A stretch of DNA of 61,140 bases, from positions 1 to 61,140 of the IMG/VR virus record IMGVR_UViG_3300011113_000522. One strand, written 5' to 3'. The notes below the pieces were generated by a model. It searched no databases and had not been told where the DNA came from. It saw nothing but the letters and a program-made list of their open reading frames with translations. The position numbers and the translations under genes were made by a program. Positions 18,630-29,702 of the stretch are shown piece by piece. Origin of the DNA: a virus (Duplodnaviria; Caudoviricetes). Positions within the stretch are counted from its first letter, which is position 1. Each line of letters begins with the position of its first letter.

Positions 18630-20510
18630 ATGGAAACTAAAAAAGATGTTTCATACTTAGGTAAAGATTTTGGGCAATTCAAAAGAAATTTAATTGATTT
18701 TGCTAAACAATATTTTCCTACAACATATACCGATTTTAATGAATCATCTCCTGGTACTCTGTTTATCGAAATGGCTGCATATGTAGGCGATGTTTTATCA
18801 TATTATGCAGATAACAATTTAAGAGAATCATTATTAGAGCAAGCAAGTGAACGAACGAATATATATGATCTAGCAAAAGCATTAGGATATAAACCTAAAA
18901 ATGCAATACCTGCATATGTTACACTCGATATATATCAACTTGTTCCTGCTGCTGGCTCAGGTGCGAATGTTGCACCAGATTTTAATTATGCATTAACGAT
19001 TAAAGCTGGTATGCAAGTAAAGCAAACTAATGGTTCATCTGTATTTAGAACATTGGATTCTATAGATTTTGCATTTTCATCTTCTTTTGATACAACTGAA
19101 GTTACTATATACGAAAGTGATGATGCAACAAAACAGCCTACATATTATCTTTTGAAAAAACAAGCACGTGCAGTATCTGGAGAAATTAAAACTGCATCGT
19201 ATACATTTGCCACACCTATTGCGTATGATAAAATAGTTTTACCGGAAACAAACGTTGTAGAAATTATTTCAGTTACAGAATCAGATGGCGATAATTGGTA
19301 TGAAGTGCCATATTTAGCACAAGATACTATTTTTGAAACAATTCCAAATTTAGCAGAAAATGATCCGGATTTAGCAGCATATCGGTCATCATCCCCTAGT
19401 TTATTAAAATTGAAAAAAACAGCTAAACGATATATTACAAGATTACGTAGCGACAATAAACTTGAATTGCAATTTGGTGCTGGTATATCAGATAATAATG
19501 ATGAAGAAATTATTCCTAATCCTAGCAATGTAGGAAATGGATTATCTGCAGTTAGGCGAGGCGTCGATGTTGATATTGATCCATCTAATTTTTTATATAC
19601 TAGAACATATGGTCAGGCACCAGCAAATACAACATTAACTATAACATATACTGTTGGAAATGGAATTGTCGATAATGTATCTGCTGGCGTATTATCAAAT
19701 ATCAATCGAATTGAATTTGAAGATGATATCAATTCCGTAAACAATGCGGGAATAGTTAATTTTATAAAAAATACCGTTGCTGTAACAAATTCTGCACCAG
19801 CTGTTGGTGCAAAAACTGCAGAAACATTACAGGATATTAAAAATAATGCTTTAGCAAATTTTGCAACACAGAATCGTTTAGTTACTAGAGATGATTATAT
19901 TATACGTGCATATTCAATGCCAGCAAAATTTGGTAGTGTAGCAAAAGCATATATCGTTCCTGACGATCAGCTTACTCAAGAAAATTACGAACAAAGCAGA
20001 ATACCTAATCCATTAGCAATGAACATGTATGTTTTAGGTTATAATTCATCTAAACAATTAACAACATTAAATCAGGCAATCAAAGAAAATTTAAAAAATT
20101 ATTTGAATTACTATAGAATATTAACAGATGCAGTTAATATTAAAGATGCATTTATTATTAACGTTGGTCTGCAATTTGAAATTTCTGTATTATCTAATTA
20201 TAATAGTAATGAAGTATTACTTAAATGTATAGATGCAGTTAAATTGTATTTTGATATCGATCGTTGGCAAATAAATCAACCAATTATTAAATCTGACGTG
20301 TTTAATATATTAGGCAATGTCAAAGGAGTACAGTCTGTTGTTAATGTTGCATACAATAATTTATATGATTCAGATGCAGGATATTCTGGTAATGTATATG
20401 ATTTATCTAGTGCTACTAAAAATGGCGTAATTTATCCTTCACTCGATCCTAGTATTTTTGAAGTTAAATTTCCAAACCGAGATATTAAAGGTCGAGTTGT
20501 AAATTATTAA
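18630..20510 (+). CDS. gp6: Baseplate wedge protein gp6-like
   Basis: DF..FK..L...YTDFNESSPG..FIEMAAYVGDVLSYY; LAKALGYKP; QNRLVTRDDY. Confidence 0.88.
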   Translation: METKKDVSYLGKDFGQFKRNLIDFAKQYFPTTYTDFNESSPGTLFIEMAAYVGDVLSYYADNNLRESLLEQASERTNIYDLAKALGYKPKNAIPAYVTLDIYQLVPAAGSGANVAPDFNYALTIKAGMQVKQTNGSSVFRTLDSIDFAFSSSFDTTEVTIYESDDATKQPTYYLLKKQARAVSGEIKTASYTFATPIAYDKIVLPETNVVEIISVTESDGDNWYEVPYLAQDTIFETIPNLAENDPDLAAYRSSSPSLLKLKKTAKRYITRLRSDNKLELQFGAGISDNNDEEIIPNPSNVGNGLSAVRRGVDVDIDPSNFLYTRTYGQAPANTTLTITYTVGNGIVDNVSAGVLSNINRIEFEDDINSVNNAGIVNFIKNTVAVTNSAPAVGAKTAETLQDIKNNALANFATQNRLVTRDDYIIRAYSMPAKFGSVAKAYIVPDDQLTQENYEQSRIPNPLAMNMYVLGYNSSKQLTTLNQAIKENLKNYLNYYRILTDAVNIKDAFIINVGLQFEISVLSNYNSNEVLLKCIDAVKLYFDIDRWQINQPIIKSDVFNILGNVKGVQSVVNVAYNNLYDSDAGYSGNVYDLSSATKNGVIYPSLDPSIFEVKFPNRDIKGRVVNY

Positions 20511-20518
20511 GGAAATAA

Positions 20519-21634
20519 ATGTTTAGAATATTTTATGCAGAAAAAGATACAACATTGTATCAAGCATATCCAGATTACAATACTGGATTAGATGAGATAC
20601 TTGAAGTTGGTAAACGATTAAATACATCGGGCGATACATTATTAATATCTCGAGCAATTGTTAAATTTGATATGACTGAAATTTCAGCATCGCTCGCTAC
20701 ATATAGTAAAACAGTTAATGATTGCAAATTTATATTAAATTTATATACATCCCATGCAAAAAATTTACCGTCTGAATATGCAATTCAAGCTAAAATGTTA
20801 GGACAAACATGGGTCAATGGAACAGGATTTTTAACTGATTTAACAATAGACGGTGCTACATGGTCAGGTTCAGCTTCGGGATCAGCTTGGATATCTGGTA
20901 GTCAATCTGTACAGATTGGATCTAGTAGTTTATATATTTCTGGTTCTGGTGCAGGAGGTAATTATTTATACTATTCTGGATCTGGCAATACATTATCGTT
21001 AATAACATCTGAATCATTTTCTTATAGAACTACAGATTTAAACATTAATGTTACGGATCAAATAAAAATTTGGATTAGTGGAAGCAATAGCAATTCAATT
21101 CCAAATTATGGATTTCTAATTCAAGTATCTGATGCAGATGAAATCAATAATAATGTTGCGGGATTCATAAGATTTTTTAGTAGAGAAACTCATACAATAT
21201 ATGTACCTAAATTAACGATGTACTTTGATAATACTTCGTTTACGACGGGTTCATTAACAGCTGCAAATTTAGAATCATATTCGGTATATACTAAAATTAA
21301 ACCTACATATAAAGATACCGAGATTGCTAAAATACGAATTTATGCTCGAGATAAATTTCCGAGGAAATCTCCAACAAATTTATTTCCTATACAAACAGTA
21401 AAGTATTTACCAACAACTACATATTATTCAATTTCGGATGCTGCTACAGAAGAGGTCATAATTCCGTTTGATAATATTTATACTAAAGTAAGTTGCGATA
21501 GTACTAGTAACTTCATTTATTTAGATATGAACGGTTTTATGCCAGAACGCAATTATCGTTTAAATCTTAAGATTGTAGATGGATTTACAGAACAGTATAT
21601 CGACGATCAAATTTATTTTAAAGTAGTTAGGTAA
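20519..21634 (+). CDS. Virion structural protein (DNRLRE-like)
   Basis: KDTTLY....NTGLDEILEV; NYGFLI; FFSRETHTIYVPKL; SGS-rich. Confidence 0.6.
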   Translation: MFRIFYAEKDTTLYQAYPDYNTGLDEILEVGKRLNTSGDTLLISRAIVKFDMTEISASLATYSKTVNDCKFILNLYTSHAKNLPSEYAIQAKMLGQTWVNGTGFLTDLTIDGATWSGSASGSAWISGSQSVQIGSSSLYISGSGAGGNYLYYSGSGNTLSLITSESFSYRTTDLNINVTDQIKIWISGSNSNSIPNYGFLIQVSDADEINNNVAGFIRFFSRETHTIYVPKLTMYFDNTSFTTGSLTAANLESYSVYTKIKPTYKDTEIAKIRIYARDKFPRKSPTNLFPIQTVKYLPTTTYYSISDAATEEVIIPFDNIYTKVSCDSTSNFIYLDMNGFMPERNYRLNLKIVDGFTEQYIDDQIYFKVVR

Positions 21635-22521
21635 TGGATGCAATAACAAACAAGTTAGATTCGATTAATGTTGATCAACAACTTAAATATCAAAAGGATG
21701 GATTAACTAGAATATCAAATGATATATCAGTTATGCCTAGAAATACTAACGGTAACATTATTTTAAATCAAAATTCTGATTCGAACCCGTTACTAATTAT
21801 TGAGCCAACTGCAAATAGGATAACATTGAAATCAATGCTACGAGTTTTAGATACTCAATTTAAATATTTTAAATTTCCGGCACGTACTACGGTTATTGAA
21901 GAAGAACCAGTTGATTTAGATTTAGATTTAGATTTACAACTAGAATTACAAGATCCAGTATTTGCGAGATACCGTCCGAGTGAAGATCAACGTATTGCAG
22001 CTAGTAACATTTATTCCGGAATTGAAATAAATGAAGTTCAAGACGGGTTGTTACAATCCATTCCAAATTCGTATGTTATAACAAAAGAACTTAAAAACTC
22101 CGGTGTAGATTTACGATTTAGAATTAAATTGCAACATCGATATGATGCGCCAGATGGATTTGGAACTGCCTTTTTTTCTATAATTAAATCGAGTGAACAA
22201 GGTTTAGATAGAGAATATCGTACATTTGAAAATACCTCAGAGTTTAGGCCAACAATACCTGGTTCAATTAATCAATATGAAGTTCAGAATTTAGAAGTTG
22301 ATATTGTCATTCCAAATGCAGAATTTGAAATTGGAGACAGATTCGGCATAGGTGCAAAAGCTGGACAAAATAATGATACTCAATATCATACTATTAATGC
22401 ACTTCAATCATATTGGGTTATTACAGATGCAAGTAAAAATGTAGATTTTTGGAATCAAGAAATAGCTCAACCAGAAATAGTAAATGAAGAGATTGACACG
22501 ATAAGCACAACTAGGACATAG
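21634..22521 (+). CDS. Hypothetical structural protein
   Basis: 295-aa ORF within the baseplate operon. Confidence 0.65.
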   Translation: MDAITNKLDSINVDQQLKYQKDGLTRISNDISVMPRNTNGNIILNQNSDSNPLLIIEPTANRITLKSMLRVLDTQFKYFKFPARTTVIEEEPVDLDLDLDLQLELQDPVFARYRPSEDQRIAASNIYSGIEINEVQDGLLQSIPNSYVITKELKNSGVDLRFRIKLQHRYDAPDGFGTAFFSIIKSSEQGLDREYRTFENTSEFRPTIPGSINQYEVQNLEVDIVIPNAEFEIGDRFGIGAKAGQNNDTQYHTINALQSYWVITDASKNVDFWNQEIAQPEIVNEEIDTISTTRT

Positions 22522-25500
22522 ATGTTAACGCAATATAAAAATATCGATCAAATTAAATTAGCTACAAAATCAATTTCGGGAGATCGACTAGGCCAATCTA
22601 AAACTGAATTTGCGTCATATGATTCTAATGAATCTACTTATTTCAATCTAGATATTATCAATGTAACAAATGATAATCGCATTGAATTTCATGTATACTC
22701 TGGCACATCTTGGTTAACTGGAAATCATAAAATTCAATTTCAAACAAAAATTCCACAATTTAGAGACATAAATACAAAACAATTAATTAACATTAATAAT
22801 GGTTTTGGAATTGACGTTTATTCTGAATTAGAAAAATTAAAGTTAACTACGGGTAATTTTCGTATTGCTATCAATTTTTTTAAAAACTTAATTGGTAGTT
22901 ATGAATTACAGCATTTACGAATTGATGAAATTTCTCCAGATAGAACCGAAATACGTTTACGTGCAATAGATGATGAAAATCCTGAATTTCTTCAACAAAT
23001 TACAAACTATATTCAAACAGTAAATCAAACATCTGATCAATATTATAAAACATATTTGTTAAATTTTAGTAGAAATCAGTGTGTTTTATTTGTTAATAGT
23101 GTTGTAATTGGCGAATATCTGTATGTGAAGTTATATGAGCCATTACCACAAAATATTACAACTAATTTTAAATGTTGGGTTGTTGAAGAACAAAAGCCAA
23201 CATATTTTGATAATGTTTTTATTGCTCCACAATTAATAGAAAAACAATTCAATTCGTTAGCTGGACCAAATTGGCAAGCAACAGCTGTTGCAGAAACATC
23301 GGCTGAAACGGATTATAAAACATGGACCAATTTATTAGGTTCGTCAGTACAAACATCGCAACAAATTGTAGATGCATATTTTTCTGGTAGTTTATCTGGA
23401 ATGTCATTGAATATTGATTATTCCGATTTAAATAATTTTATATTTTACAGTTCAGCTACAGAACGTTTATTAAATTTTAAGTACAAACTAGATTTATTAG
23501 AATATTATACATCGCAAAGTGTAGCAGTATCTCAATTATCTGGCAGTGTTGCTACAACTAACGTTCAAGATTTTGCCAAACTAAAATCATCGTTAATTGG
23601 TGGGTTTGATGCATTTGAACAATATTTGTATTATCAATCATCTTCGCAGTTAACTAGTAATCAAATACCACATGAATCTCCGTCAGTATCACAATTAACT
23701 GGCAGTTATATAACGCCTGTACCTAAAGTAAATTCAACAAGGCCATATACATTAGCGGCAGTTAGTAGTAGCATGTTTAAATCTTGGTTTGATGGTACAT
23801 ATGCATCTGCATCGTTTTATGATTCATTAAATGTTAATGCTTTAGTTTATGCGATACCTGAATTTATCAGATTAGATTCAGCAAATGTACAACTTAATAC
23901 ATTTGTTAATATGTTAGGTCATCATTATGATATATTGTATACGTATATCAATCACATGACCCAAATCAATAAACGAGAAGAAAATCCTAAATTAGGTATG
24001 CCAAATGAATTGCTTTATTCTGTAGCAAAACAATTTGGTTGGACATTGACTAATGGCAATCAATCTCAAGATTTATGGCAATATGTTTTAGGAACATCTG
24101 AAACCGGAATTCCATTAACTGGTTCAAATACAGTAGGCGATCCTTCGGTATCGGGACAAAATATTACGTATGCAATTTGGCGAAGAATTGTTAATAACTT
24201 ACCATTATTATTGAAATCAAAAGGAACTAAACGAAGCATTCAAGCATTGCTATCTTGTTATGGAATTCCTCAATCATTTATAAGTATCAATGAATATGGT
24301 GGTCCTAGATTAGATAGAGCTCCAATATATGAAAAATATAATTTCGATTATGCACTAGATTTAAGTAGCAGTGCAGCAGGTACTGTTACTGTAAATTATT
24401 CGCAATCGATTAATGCTGTAGAACTTCGTTTTAGACCAGATAATATTGAAACTAATCCTTTGATACCAACTACCATGAACCTATTTAATATAGGCTCTAA
24501 TGCGGTTACATTAGAATTTAATAGTGGTAATAAAGGTGTCATGAAACTCAATGGCACGGCTTCTGGTTTAATTGAATTATATAATGATGAATGGGTTTCT
24601 ACCGTATTGCGAACAAATGGTACTAATTTAGATTTAATTACAAAAAAATCTAAGTATGGTAAAATTGTTGCTGCTGTTTCTGCATCGACCACTGCATCAA
24701 TTGCTGGATCTGGTACTTTAACATTAGGCGGAACATCGTCGGGTGCTAGTAGATTTATTGGGCAATTGCAAGAATTAAGATTTTGGTCATCATCCTTATC
24801 AGATACTGCATTTAACAATCACGTTAAAGCACCAGGAGCTTATAATGGTAATTCTAATGCATATGATGAATTAGTATTTAGATTACCACTTAATCAAAAA
24901 ATAAATCATGCATTAACGGGTAGTTTAACTGGTATACAGCCTAAATCATCTACAATATCAGCATCATTTGCAAGTTGGACACTTAACACGCCATATGATT
25001 CATATGAAGAAACTCATTATTATGATGCCCCATCATTAGGTGCTGGTACATATGATGACAACAAAGTTCGTATCGAATCTAATCGATTAGTTGGCTCGCT
25101 GGATGTAAAAACTAGAGCAGAACGTAGTCAATTTGATACCGCTCCGTTAGATAGCAAAAAATTAGGAGTATATTTTTCTCCACAAACAATGATTGATGAA
25201 GACATCATTGCACAAAATGGATTTGTTGATTTAGATCAATATATCGGAGATCCGGGAGAAACTGATTCAAAATCATATCCTAGATTAATTCAAGCTGCAC
25301 AATCATATTGGAAAAAATATCAAAATAAAAATGATATCAATGCATTTATTTCTATGTTTACGTTGTTTGATTTATCATTTTTCCGGCAATTGGAACAGCT
25401 ATTGCCGGCACGAGCTGATAAACTAACTGGTATTTTAATTCAACCTAATATATTTGAACGTAGCAAAGATTCAATTCTTCCAAAAATAGAACGATATGAT

Positions 25501-26094
25501 AGTTCATTTGCAACTACAATTACAGATCCAGCTCCAACTGCATCTGGTGATTATTTACAATATTTAGGTGCAATTGATGGAGCGATCTTATCTCTTAGTG
25601 CAGAAGATGATGATCAATGGCAAATGTATTTAACGGCATCAACAGCTGATAAATATGATGGTGTTATATATTCACATCAATATTTAGTAAGATCTGGCAG
25701 CACATATATAACGGCATCAACGCCATATTGGATTAGTGAAGCAATTTCTCCGATTTATATTACTAGTACATATTCTGAATTTAAATTGATTGATGCAATT
25801 GCAATAACATCATCAGGAGTAATTGGTTCATATGGTAGCGGTACTTATGGCTCTAGTTCGTATGCTTTAGCATTAAGTAAAAAGTTTACTGGCAGCTTTG
25901 CAGAGTTTCAAGATTATTTACCAAAAGGTATTGAAAACCAACGGTATGCAGGAGCAAAACTTACTTCACCAGACTTCAATATAAACTCAACTCAAACTGT
26001 TGATGGCGGTCCTGTTGTAGAATGGAGAACAGCAAATCCAAATCAATTGATATATCAAAATAACGGCGAACAAGGTAGTTTTGTTTTAGTATAG
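22522..26094 (+). CDS. Large baseplate/tail protein (gp7-like segment plus LamG-like domain)
   Basis: 1190 aa; LLKSKGTKRSIQALLSCYG wedge-like motif; FIGQLQELRFW LamG-like motif. Confidence 0.65.
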   Translation: MLTQYKNIDQIKLATKSISGDRLGQSKTEFASYDSNESTYFNLDIINVTNDNRIEFHVYSGTSWLTGNHKIQFQTKIPQFRDINTKQLININNGFGIDVYSELEKLKLTTGNFRIAINFFKNLIGSYELQHLRIDEISPDRTEIRLRAIDDENPEFLQQITNYIQTVNQTSDQYYKTYLLNFSRNQCVLFVNSVVIGEYLYVKLYEPLPQNITTNFKCWVVEEQKPTYFDNVFIAPQLIEKQFNSLAGPNWQATAVAETSAETDYKTWTNLLGSSVQTSQQIVDAYFSGSLSGMSLNIDYSDLNNFIFYSSATERLLNFKYKLDLLEYYTSQSVAVSQLSGSVATTNVQDFAKLKSSLIGGFDAFEQYLYYQSSSQLTSNQIPHESPSVSQLTGSYITPVPKVNSTRPYTLAAVSSSMFKSWFDGTYASASFYDSLNVNALVYAIPEFIRLDSANVQLNTFVNMLGHHYDILYTYINHMTQINKREENPKLGMPNELLYSVAKQFGWTLTNGNQSQDLWQYVLGTSETGIPLTGSNTVGDPSVSGQNITYAIWRRIVNNLPLLLKSKGTKRSIQALLSCYGIPQSFISINEYGGPRLDRAPIYEKYNFDYALDLSSSAAGTVTVNYSQSINAVELRFRPDNIETNPLIPTTMNLFNIGSNAVTLEFNSGNKGVMKLNGTASGLIELYNDEWVSTVLRTNGTNLDLITKKSKYGKIVAAVSASTTASIAGSGTLTLGGTSSGASRFIGQLQELRFWSSSLSDTAFNNHVKAPGAYNGNSNAYDELVFRLPLNQKINHALTGSLTGIQPKSSTISASFASWTLNTPYDSYEETHYYDAPSLGAGTYDDNKVRIESNRLVGSLDVKTRAERSQFDTAPLDSKKLGVYFSPQTMIDEDIIAQNGFVDLDQYIGDPGETDSKSYPRLIQAAQSYWKKYQNKNDINAFISMFTLFDLSFFRQLEQLLPARADKLTGILIQPNIFERSKDSILPKIERYDSSFATTITDPAPTASGDYLQYLGAIDGAILSLSAEDDDQWQMYLTASTADKYDGVIYSHQYLVRSGSTYITASTPYWISEAISPIYITSTYSEFKLIDAIAITSSGVIGSYGSGTYGSSSYALALSKKFTGSFAEFQDYLPKGIENQRYAGAKLTSPDFNINSTQTVDGGPVVEWRTANPNQLIYQNNGEQGSFVLV

Positions 26095-26137
26095 AAATTT
26101 ATAGATTGTATATTTATATTAAATAAGGTAAAAACAT

Positions 26138-26788
26138 ATGGGATATTTAGATAACTCAAGCGTAACAGTTGACGCAATTTTAACATTAAAAGGTCGAGAA
26201 CTTTTAGCTCGAGGAGGCAATGCTTTTAACATCACACAATTTGCAGTAGGAGATGATGAAATTGATTATTCATTATGGAATCCGGATCATCCATTAGGAA
26301 CTGCTTATTATGGAACTATCATTGAAAATATGCCAATCGTAGAAGCAGTTGCCGATGAAACTCAGGCGCTTAAATACAAACTAATTACATTGCCAAAACA
26401 AACAACTAATATACCAGTTGTAACAGTAGGAAATACCGCAATTACATTAGCAGCGCCAGGCGATTCTACAATTATTGCTCCAAATACAAGCAACTTTAAA
26501 GGTGGTAATGCAACTTTAGGTTATACAGCAATTTTGTCAGACTCAAGCGTAGCCGATATTCAAGTAACAAGAGCATTGCAAAATTCAGTACTTCCGACTA
26601 CTCCTCGTTTTATCGGCGATAATGAAGATGCACAAAGCATTGCAGTAGCAGGATTTGAATTCCGAGTTGTTGCTAAAACTCAATTGATTTCAGATAAAAC
26701 TGCAACTATAACAGTGATTGCAAATGAAACTGGTGGCAGTGTTACTATTAATTTAACCGTTAAAAAAGCAACTACTGCAACAATATAA
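26138..26788 (+). CDS. Baseplate/tail structural protein
   Basis: VDAILT.KGRELLA...ITQFAVGDDEIDY; within the structural operon. Confidence 0.65.
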   Translation: MGYLDNSSVTVDAILTLKGRELLARGGNAFNITQFAVGDDEIDYSLWNPDHPLGTAYYGTIIENMPIVEAVADETQALKYKLITLPKQTTNIPVVTVGNTAITLAAPGDSTIIAPNTSNFKGGNATLGYTAILSDSSVADIQVTRALQNSVLPTTPRFIGDNEDAQSIAVAGFEFRVVAKTQLISDKTATITVIANETGGSVTINLTVKKATTATI

Positions 26789-28060
26789 ATGGAAAACAAT
26801 ATGAAAATGAATGAATTCATTGCACGATTAAAACAACAACCTAGAATCGGCGGAGTACCACTTCGTCCAACGCAAGCAGCCAATCAAACAATTGCAGCTG
26901 CAGGTGTAGTTAATGATCAAGTACGGCAATTAGCACAACAACTTGCAAATCAAATTGTAGCGGAACGCGATCAAGCACAAATTTTAGCTCGTAATGGAAG
27001 AACGTATACAAAATTTGATACGGTTAATGACGTTGTTGCAAATCAAACCGAAATTGTTACTGCAGGTTTATGGAGCGATAATTTAGCAAGTTTGACTACA
27101 TATTTTACAGCATCAGGTCAAACTACGACTCAACGACGTTATTATGTTGATGTATATCAATCAACACCAAGTGCAGATGGAGCCGCTGTACAATTTGCAT
27201 TAGCATTTGGTCATGCATTGGGTAGCGGGTCTGATTCTCAAGGACAACTTAACGATTCTCCAAGTAAAGCAGTTTATTCACAATATCGACAACTTTTACT
27301 TGCTCCAACTGATACGCGCTTTACAACAGCAGGATCGGGTAGTACAGATTATGTATATGTTGTTAACTTTAAACGTAATCGAATGAAAGAACGTTTAGAT
27401 CCAGGAAATTGGGAAATTCCATTGAAACCAATTTCATCTCGTGCAACTAATGCAACTGGCTCTGTTGTTACTGGGTCTGGAGCAATTATACAACTTATTG
27501 ATGATTCTTCGATTGCATCTGCAACCACAGGTCAATCAGGTAAAGTTTATAACATCGTTTCTGGTTCAATTAATTCGGGAGTTTATAATTCAACGGCGCC
27601 AGTATATTACGGATTAGCATATCCTGATTATGGTACTTTGATTTTAGATGGTAAGATGCTTGATCAAAAATTAGGTTTTGCAACTAATACAGGTTCTAGT
27701 TCAGAAGGAAATAATCATTTTGTATTATATCATTCTATTTCAGGCTCAGCTAAATTTACCGATCCTGCTACATCTGATCCATATGGATTTATTGCACGTA
27801 ATTCTGAAAAAGTAACAAGTACGCATTATTTTGTGAGAATTAAAAATGCAGAATATAACTTTTCAAACAACCCATCATATGTTTCAGGAAGCGTTGGCCA
27901 AATTGCACAATCAACATTTATTGGCGATCCTAAAACGTATATTACAACGGTTGGATTGTATAATGATAGTCAAGAATTATTAGCAGTTGCAAAACTTTCT
28001 AAACCTTTATTGAAATCATTTCAACGAGAAGCTCTCATACGAGTTAAATTAGATTTCTAA
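26789..28060 (+). CDS. Baseplate/tail structural protein (start may be 26801)
   Basis: C-terminal YITTVGLYND..ELLAVAKLSKP fibre-collar-like motif shared with the next gene. Confidence 0.65.
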   Translation: MENNMKMNEFIARLKQQPRIGGVPLRPTQAANQTIAAAGVVNDQVRQLAQQLANQIVAERDQAQILARNGRTYTKFDTVNDVVANQTEIVTAGLWSDNLASLTTYFTASGQTTTQRRYYVDVYQSTPSADGAAVQFALAFGHALGSGSDSQGQLNDSPSKAVYSQYRQLLLAPTDTRFTTAGSGSTDYVYVVNFKRNRMKERLDPGNWEIPLKPISSRATNATGSVVTGSGAIIQLIDDSSIASATTGQSGKVYNIVSGSINSGVYNSTAPVYYGLAYPDYGTLILDGKMLDQKLGFATNTGSSSEGNNHFVLYHSISGSAKFTDPATSDPYGFIARNSEKVTSTHYFVRIKNAEYNFSNNPSYVSGSVGQIAQSTFIGDPKTYITTVGLYNDSQELLAVAKLSKPLLKSFQREALIRVKLDF

Positions 28061-28078
28061 AATTGACATTGATTTAAG

Positions 28079-28114
28079 CCCTGTTATATTTATATTAAAT
28101 GTAGCAGGGTTTTT
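28079..28114 (+). terminator. Terminator hairpin overlapping an ATATTTAT motif
   Basis: CCCTGTTATATTT-atatt-AAATGTAGCAGGG (13 bp including G-U pairs) then TTTTT. Confidence 0.65.
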
Positions 28115-28120
28115 ACTATA

Positions 28121-29701
28121 ATGACACTAAAGAAAATAAATCAAACAGAAGATCCATACGTAGGCGCATATCCGTCGGTATTTAAAAAAATTGATACGTC
28201 TGATGTAAAGATCAATCCATTTCCTGCATATAAATCTTGGACTTTTTATTCGGGTAGCGTAACTTCAAGTGTGTTGCCATTGCAGGGAATATATTCTGAT
28301 GTTAATGTTTTACCTGCATTAGGAAGTGAATTAACATACAACGATGCAAAGAACATAGATAATAGTTTGCAAAGCGTTACGTATTTTTCTGTAAATCATT
28401 TGTATTATAAAAATAAATTAGAACCTTTGAAAACATATGGTCCTACTGATTTAACTAAAACAAAAAAAGCATTATATCAAACTGCATCGATATTGTCTAT
28501 TCCTCAAGTGCGAATAGGCGAAGGCATAAAACCTGCATCATTTTCTTTTACATCTTCAGTATCTGGTTCATTTTCGAGCGATCGATATGGAAATATTATA
28601 GATTCTGCATTTAATACTGCATCAATTGTTACGGATGTAAAATGGTATGAAGGTTTCAATGAGTATTTTGATACATCTAGAATTACATATACATCTGCAG
28701 GCGTAACATATGTACCTGGCATCGTTACAACAACCGGACAACAACGTGCTTTAGGATTAGCAGCATATTTTTCTGGTTCTGGTTATATTGAATCTGCATT
28801 ACCAGGTTTATATGACCGAGATCATGATTATGCAGTTTCATTTTTTATTAGTGGTACAAATTCAACATCTGCTAATCAATTAATTGCAACAAAAGCATCA
28901 CAAAGCACTACACCTACATATCCATTTCGAATAGAATTAAGTGGTAGCAATCAATTAATTTTTACAACTGCAGGTAGTGATAGATTTAAAACTTTTATTA
29001 CATCGTCAGCCGTTGTAACATCGAGTTGGACTCATGTAGTTTGTCAAAAATCAGGTAGCAGTATGCAAATGTATATAAATGGTACTTTGCAATCATCTAC
29101 TACAACTCCGTTATTTGTAATTCCTACATCTCCATTATCTGCATCTGCTAGGATTGACAATCGCGACACGTTAAAAATAGGCGGTTTTAGCACCAATAGT
29201 TTAAATCTACAAGGATATCTAGATGAAGTTAGAATCTTTAATAAGTCTCTAACCGCATCGCAGATAAGTGCGTTATCTAACCGTACGGAAGGCGGCACTG
29301 CATTACAAACGCAATATGTAGGAAATGTTTTTAGTAAACATGGCATTGTTGTGTTTTCATCTGCAGATTATCGAATCAATGATATGATTAAAACGCCATT
29401 TACTGCATCGTATCGTAGTACGGTTACCATACATGAATTAAATGTTGTGACTCGTTTAGATTCCGGAGACTTTAATATGTCTACCAATATTTCATTAACA
29501 GCTGATGATGATTCAACATATCGTACGTTTGCAACGAGTAGTGCATTTTCTCCGTATATTACAACAATTGGTTTATATAATGATTTCGGAGAATTGTTAG
29601 CAATAGGAAAATTAGCTCAGCCTATTAAAAAACGCAGCGATGTTGATATGAATTTTGTAATTCGTTTAGATTTAGATAAAAATATAACATTTAAAGGATA
29701 A
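28121..29701 (+). CDS. Tail/baseplate protein with LamG (concanavalin-like) domain
   Basis: WTHVVCQK....MYING; GYLDEVRIFNKSL; C-terminal YITTIGLYND..ELLAIGKL. Confidence 0.75.
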   Translation: MTLKKINQTEDPYVGAYPSVFKKIDTSDVKINPFPAYKSWTFYSGSVTSSVLPLQGIYSDVNVLPALGSELTYNDAKNIDNSLQSVTYFSVNHLYYKNKLEPLKTYGPTDLTKTKKALYQTASILSIPQVRIGEGIKPASFSFTSSVSGSFSSDRYGNIIDSAFNTASIVTDVKWYEGFNEYFDTSRITYTSAGVTYVPGIVTTTGQQRALGLAAYFSGSGYIESALPGLYDRDHDYAVSFFISGTNSTSANQLIATKASQSTTPTYPFRIELSGSNQLIFTTAGSDRFKTFITSSAVVTSSWTHVVCQKSGSSMQMYINGTLQSSTTTPLFVIPTSPLSASARIDNRDTLKIGGFSTNSLNLQGYLDEVRIFNKSLTASQISALSNRTEGGTALQTQYVGNVFSKHGIVVFSSADYRINDMIKTPFTASYRSTVTIHELNVVTRLDSGDFNMSTNISLTADDDSTYRTFATSSAFSPYITTIGLYNDFGELLAIGKLAQPIKKRSDVDMNFVIRLDLDKNITFKG

Positions 29702-29702
29702 C

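Noticed and set aside
21913-21936. (GATTTA)4 microsatellite, with a similar tract near 30168
   Set aside because: In-frame Asp-Leu dipeptide runs; a 6-nt unit cannot shift the frame
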